From IMG/VR virus record IMGVR_UViG_2875713109_000005: DNA of 40,475 nt; one strand, 5' to 3'. The translations under genes and the position numbers were made by a program. Shown one piece after another: positions 39,240 to 40,475 of this stretch. Position 1 is the first letter of the stretch. Each line of letters starts with the position of its first letter. Origin of the DNA: a virus (Duplodnaviria; Heunggongvirae; Uroviricota; Caudoviricetes). Under the pieces are notes generated by a model that worked only from the letters and a program-made list of their open reading frames with translations, searched no databases and was not told where the DNA came from.

Positions 39240-40475
39240 ATGTCTAAATTACCAACAGGTGTCGAGATTAGAGGTAGATACATTCGCATCTGGTTCATGT
39301 TTCGAGGAAAACGATGTCGGGAAACATTAAAAGGCTGGGAGATTACAAACAGTAATATTAAAAAGGCCGGAAATTTAAGAGCGCTGATAGTTCATGAAAT
39401 AAACTCCGGTGAATTTGAGTATTTAAGACGTTTTCCCCAGTCCAGCACTGGGGCAAAAATGGTGACAACGAGAGTCATAAAAACGTTCGGAGAGCTTTGT
39501 GATATCTGGACAAAAATTAAAGAGACAGAGTTAACAACAAACACAATGAAGAAAACGAAATCACAATTAAAAACACTCAGAATAATAATTTGTGAAAGTA
39601 CCCCGATATCACATATTCGTTATAGCGATATCTTAAACTACCGGAATGAACTGCTGCATGGAGAAACGCTTTACCTGGATAATCCAAGATCCAACAAAAA
39701 AGGAAGAACCGTGCGCACAGTTGATAACTATATCGCCCTGCTCTGTTCGCTGTTGCGTTTTGCGTATCAGTCGGGATTTATATCAACCAAACCATTTGAA
39801 GGAGTAAAAAAATTACAGCGAAACAGAATAAAGCCTGATCCGTTATCTAAAACAGAATTCAATGCATTAATGGAAAGTGAAAAAGGACAGAGCCAGAACT
39901 TGTGGAAATTTGCCGTTTACTCAGGACTTCGTCACGGGGAACTGGCAGCTCTGGCGTGGGAGGATGTGGATCTCGAAAAGGGAATAGTGAATGTCAGAAG
40001 AAACCTGACGATACTTGATATGTTCGGTCCCCCAAAAACAAATGCCGGGATCCGAACAGTAACACTACTGCAGCCTGCTCTTGAAGCACTGAAGGAGCAA
40101 TACAAACTGACCGGGCATCATCGCAAAAGCGAAATCACCTTTTATCATCGGGAGTACGGCAGAACCGAAAAGCAAAAACTGCATTTTGTTTTCATGCCCA
40201 GGGTGTGTAACGGAAAACAAAAACCTTATTACTCGGTAAGCAGTTTGGGGGCAAGGTGGAATGCAGCAGTAAAACGTGCTGGTATTCGCCGCCGTAATCC
40301 GTACCATACGCGGCATACTTTTGCCTGCTGGCTGTTGACGGCAGGAGCGAACCCGGCATTTATAGCCAGCCAAATGGGGCATGAAACTGCGCAGATGGTG
40401 TATGAAATTTACGGTATGTGGATTGATGACATGAACGACGAACAGATAGCCATGTTGAATGCGCGGTTATCGTAG
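39240..40475 (+). CDS. intR: Rac prophage tyrosine integrase
   Basis: 411 aa. The C-terminal catalytic elements are present (GLRHGELAAL, HTRHTFACWLL, GHETAQMVYEIYGMW). The gene ends the window. Confidence 0.9.
   Translation: MSKLPTGVEIRGRYIRIWFMFRGKRCRETLKGWEITNSNIKKAGNLRALIVHEINSGEFEYLRRFPQSSTGAKMVTTRVIKTFGELCDIWTKIKETELTTNTMKKTKSQLKTLRIIICESTPISHIRYSDILNYRNELLHGETLYLDNPRSNKKGRTVRTVDNYIALLCSLLRFAYQSGFISTKPFEGVKKLQRNRIKPDPLSKTEFNALMESEKGQSQNLWKFAVYSGLRHGELAALAWEDVDLEKGIVNVRRNLTILDMFGPPKTNAGIRTVTLLQPALEALKEQYKLTGHHRKSEITFYHREYGRTEKQKLHFVFMPRVCNGKQKPYYSVSSLGARWNAAVKRAGIRRRNPYHTRHTFACWLLTAGANPAFIASQMGHETAQMVYEIYGMWIDDMNDEQIAMLNARLS

Overview
This window is an Escherichia/Shigella-type Rac-like lambdoid cryptic prophage, read opposite to the K-12 orientation. 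In order it carries trkG, an Rz/Rz1-endolysin-holin lysis cassette, two tRNAs, a Q antiterminator, nin-like genes, morons, a replication remnant, racR immunity, sieB/kilR, a recE-recT remnant, ralR, xisR and intR. The Q gene is split by a ~23.5 kb IS903-bounded mosaic (4729-28260) flanked by a perfect 9-bp target duplication, CCAACCAAT. Removing the insert restores a 180-codon Q frame. The mosaic looks plasmid-derived. It contains IS903/IS1 junctions, an IS1-bracketed sitABCD Fe/Mn transporter with AT-rich orphan genes, a Tn21 mer remnant (IR, merR, merOP, merT') broken by a Tn3-family transposon carrying tnpA, tnpR and blaTEM-1, an IS3/IS407-type IS, and further IS903 copies. The most interesting element is a visibly AT-richer two-gene minus-strand operon (23178-25352 and 20572-23175) lying between an IS903 end and the IS407-type IS. 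It pairs a coiled-coil McrB-like AAA+ NTPase with a very large McrC/DUF2357-like PD-(D/E)xK protein that ends in two zinc ribbons. I read it as a McrBC-derived candidate anti-phage module of unclear subtype, clipped at its 3' end by IS903. Caveat: the sequence is draft quality. It has 21-N gaps flanked by direct duplications, isolated n bases and odd duplications inside IS copies, so some IS junctions may be assembly artefacts.
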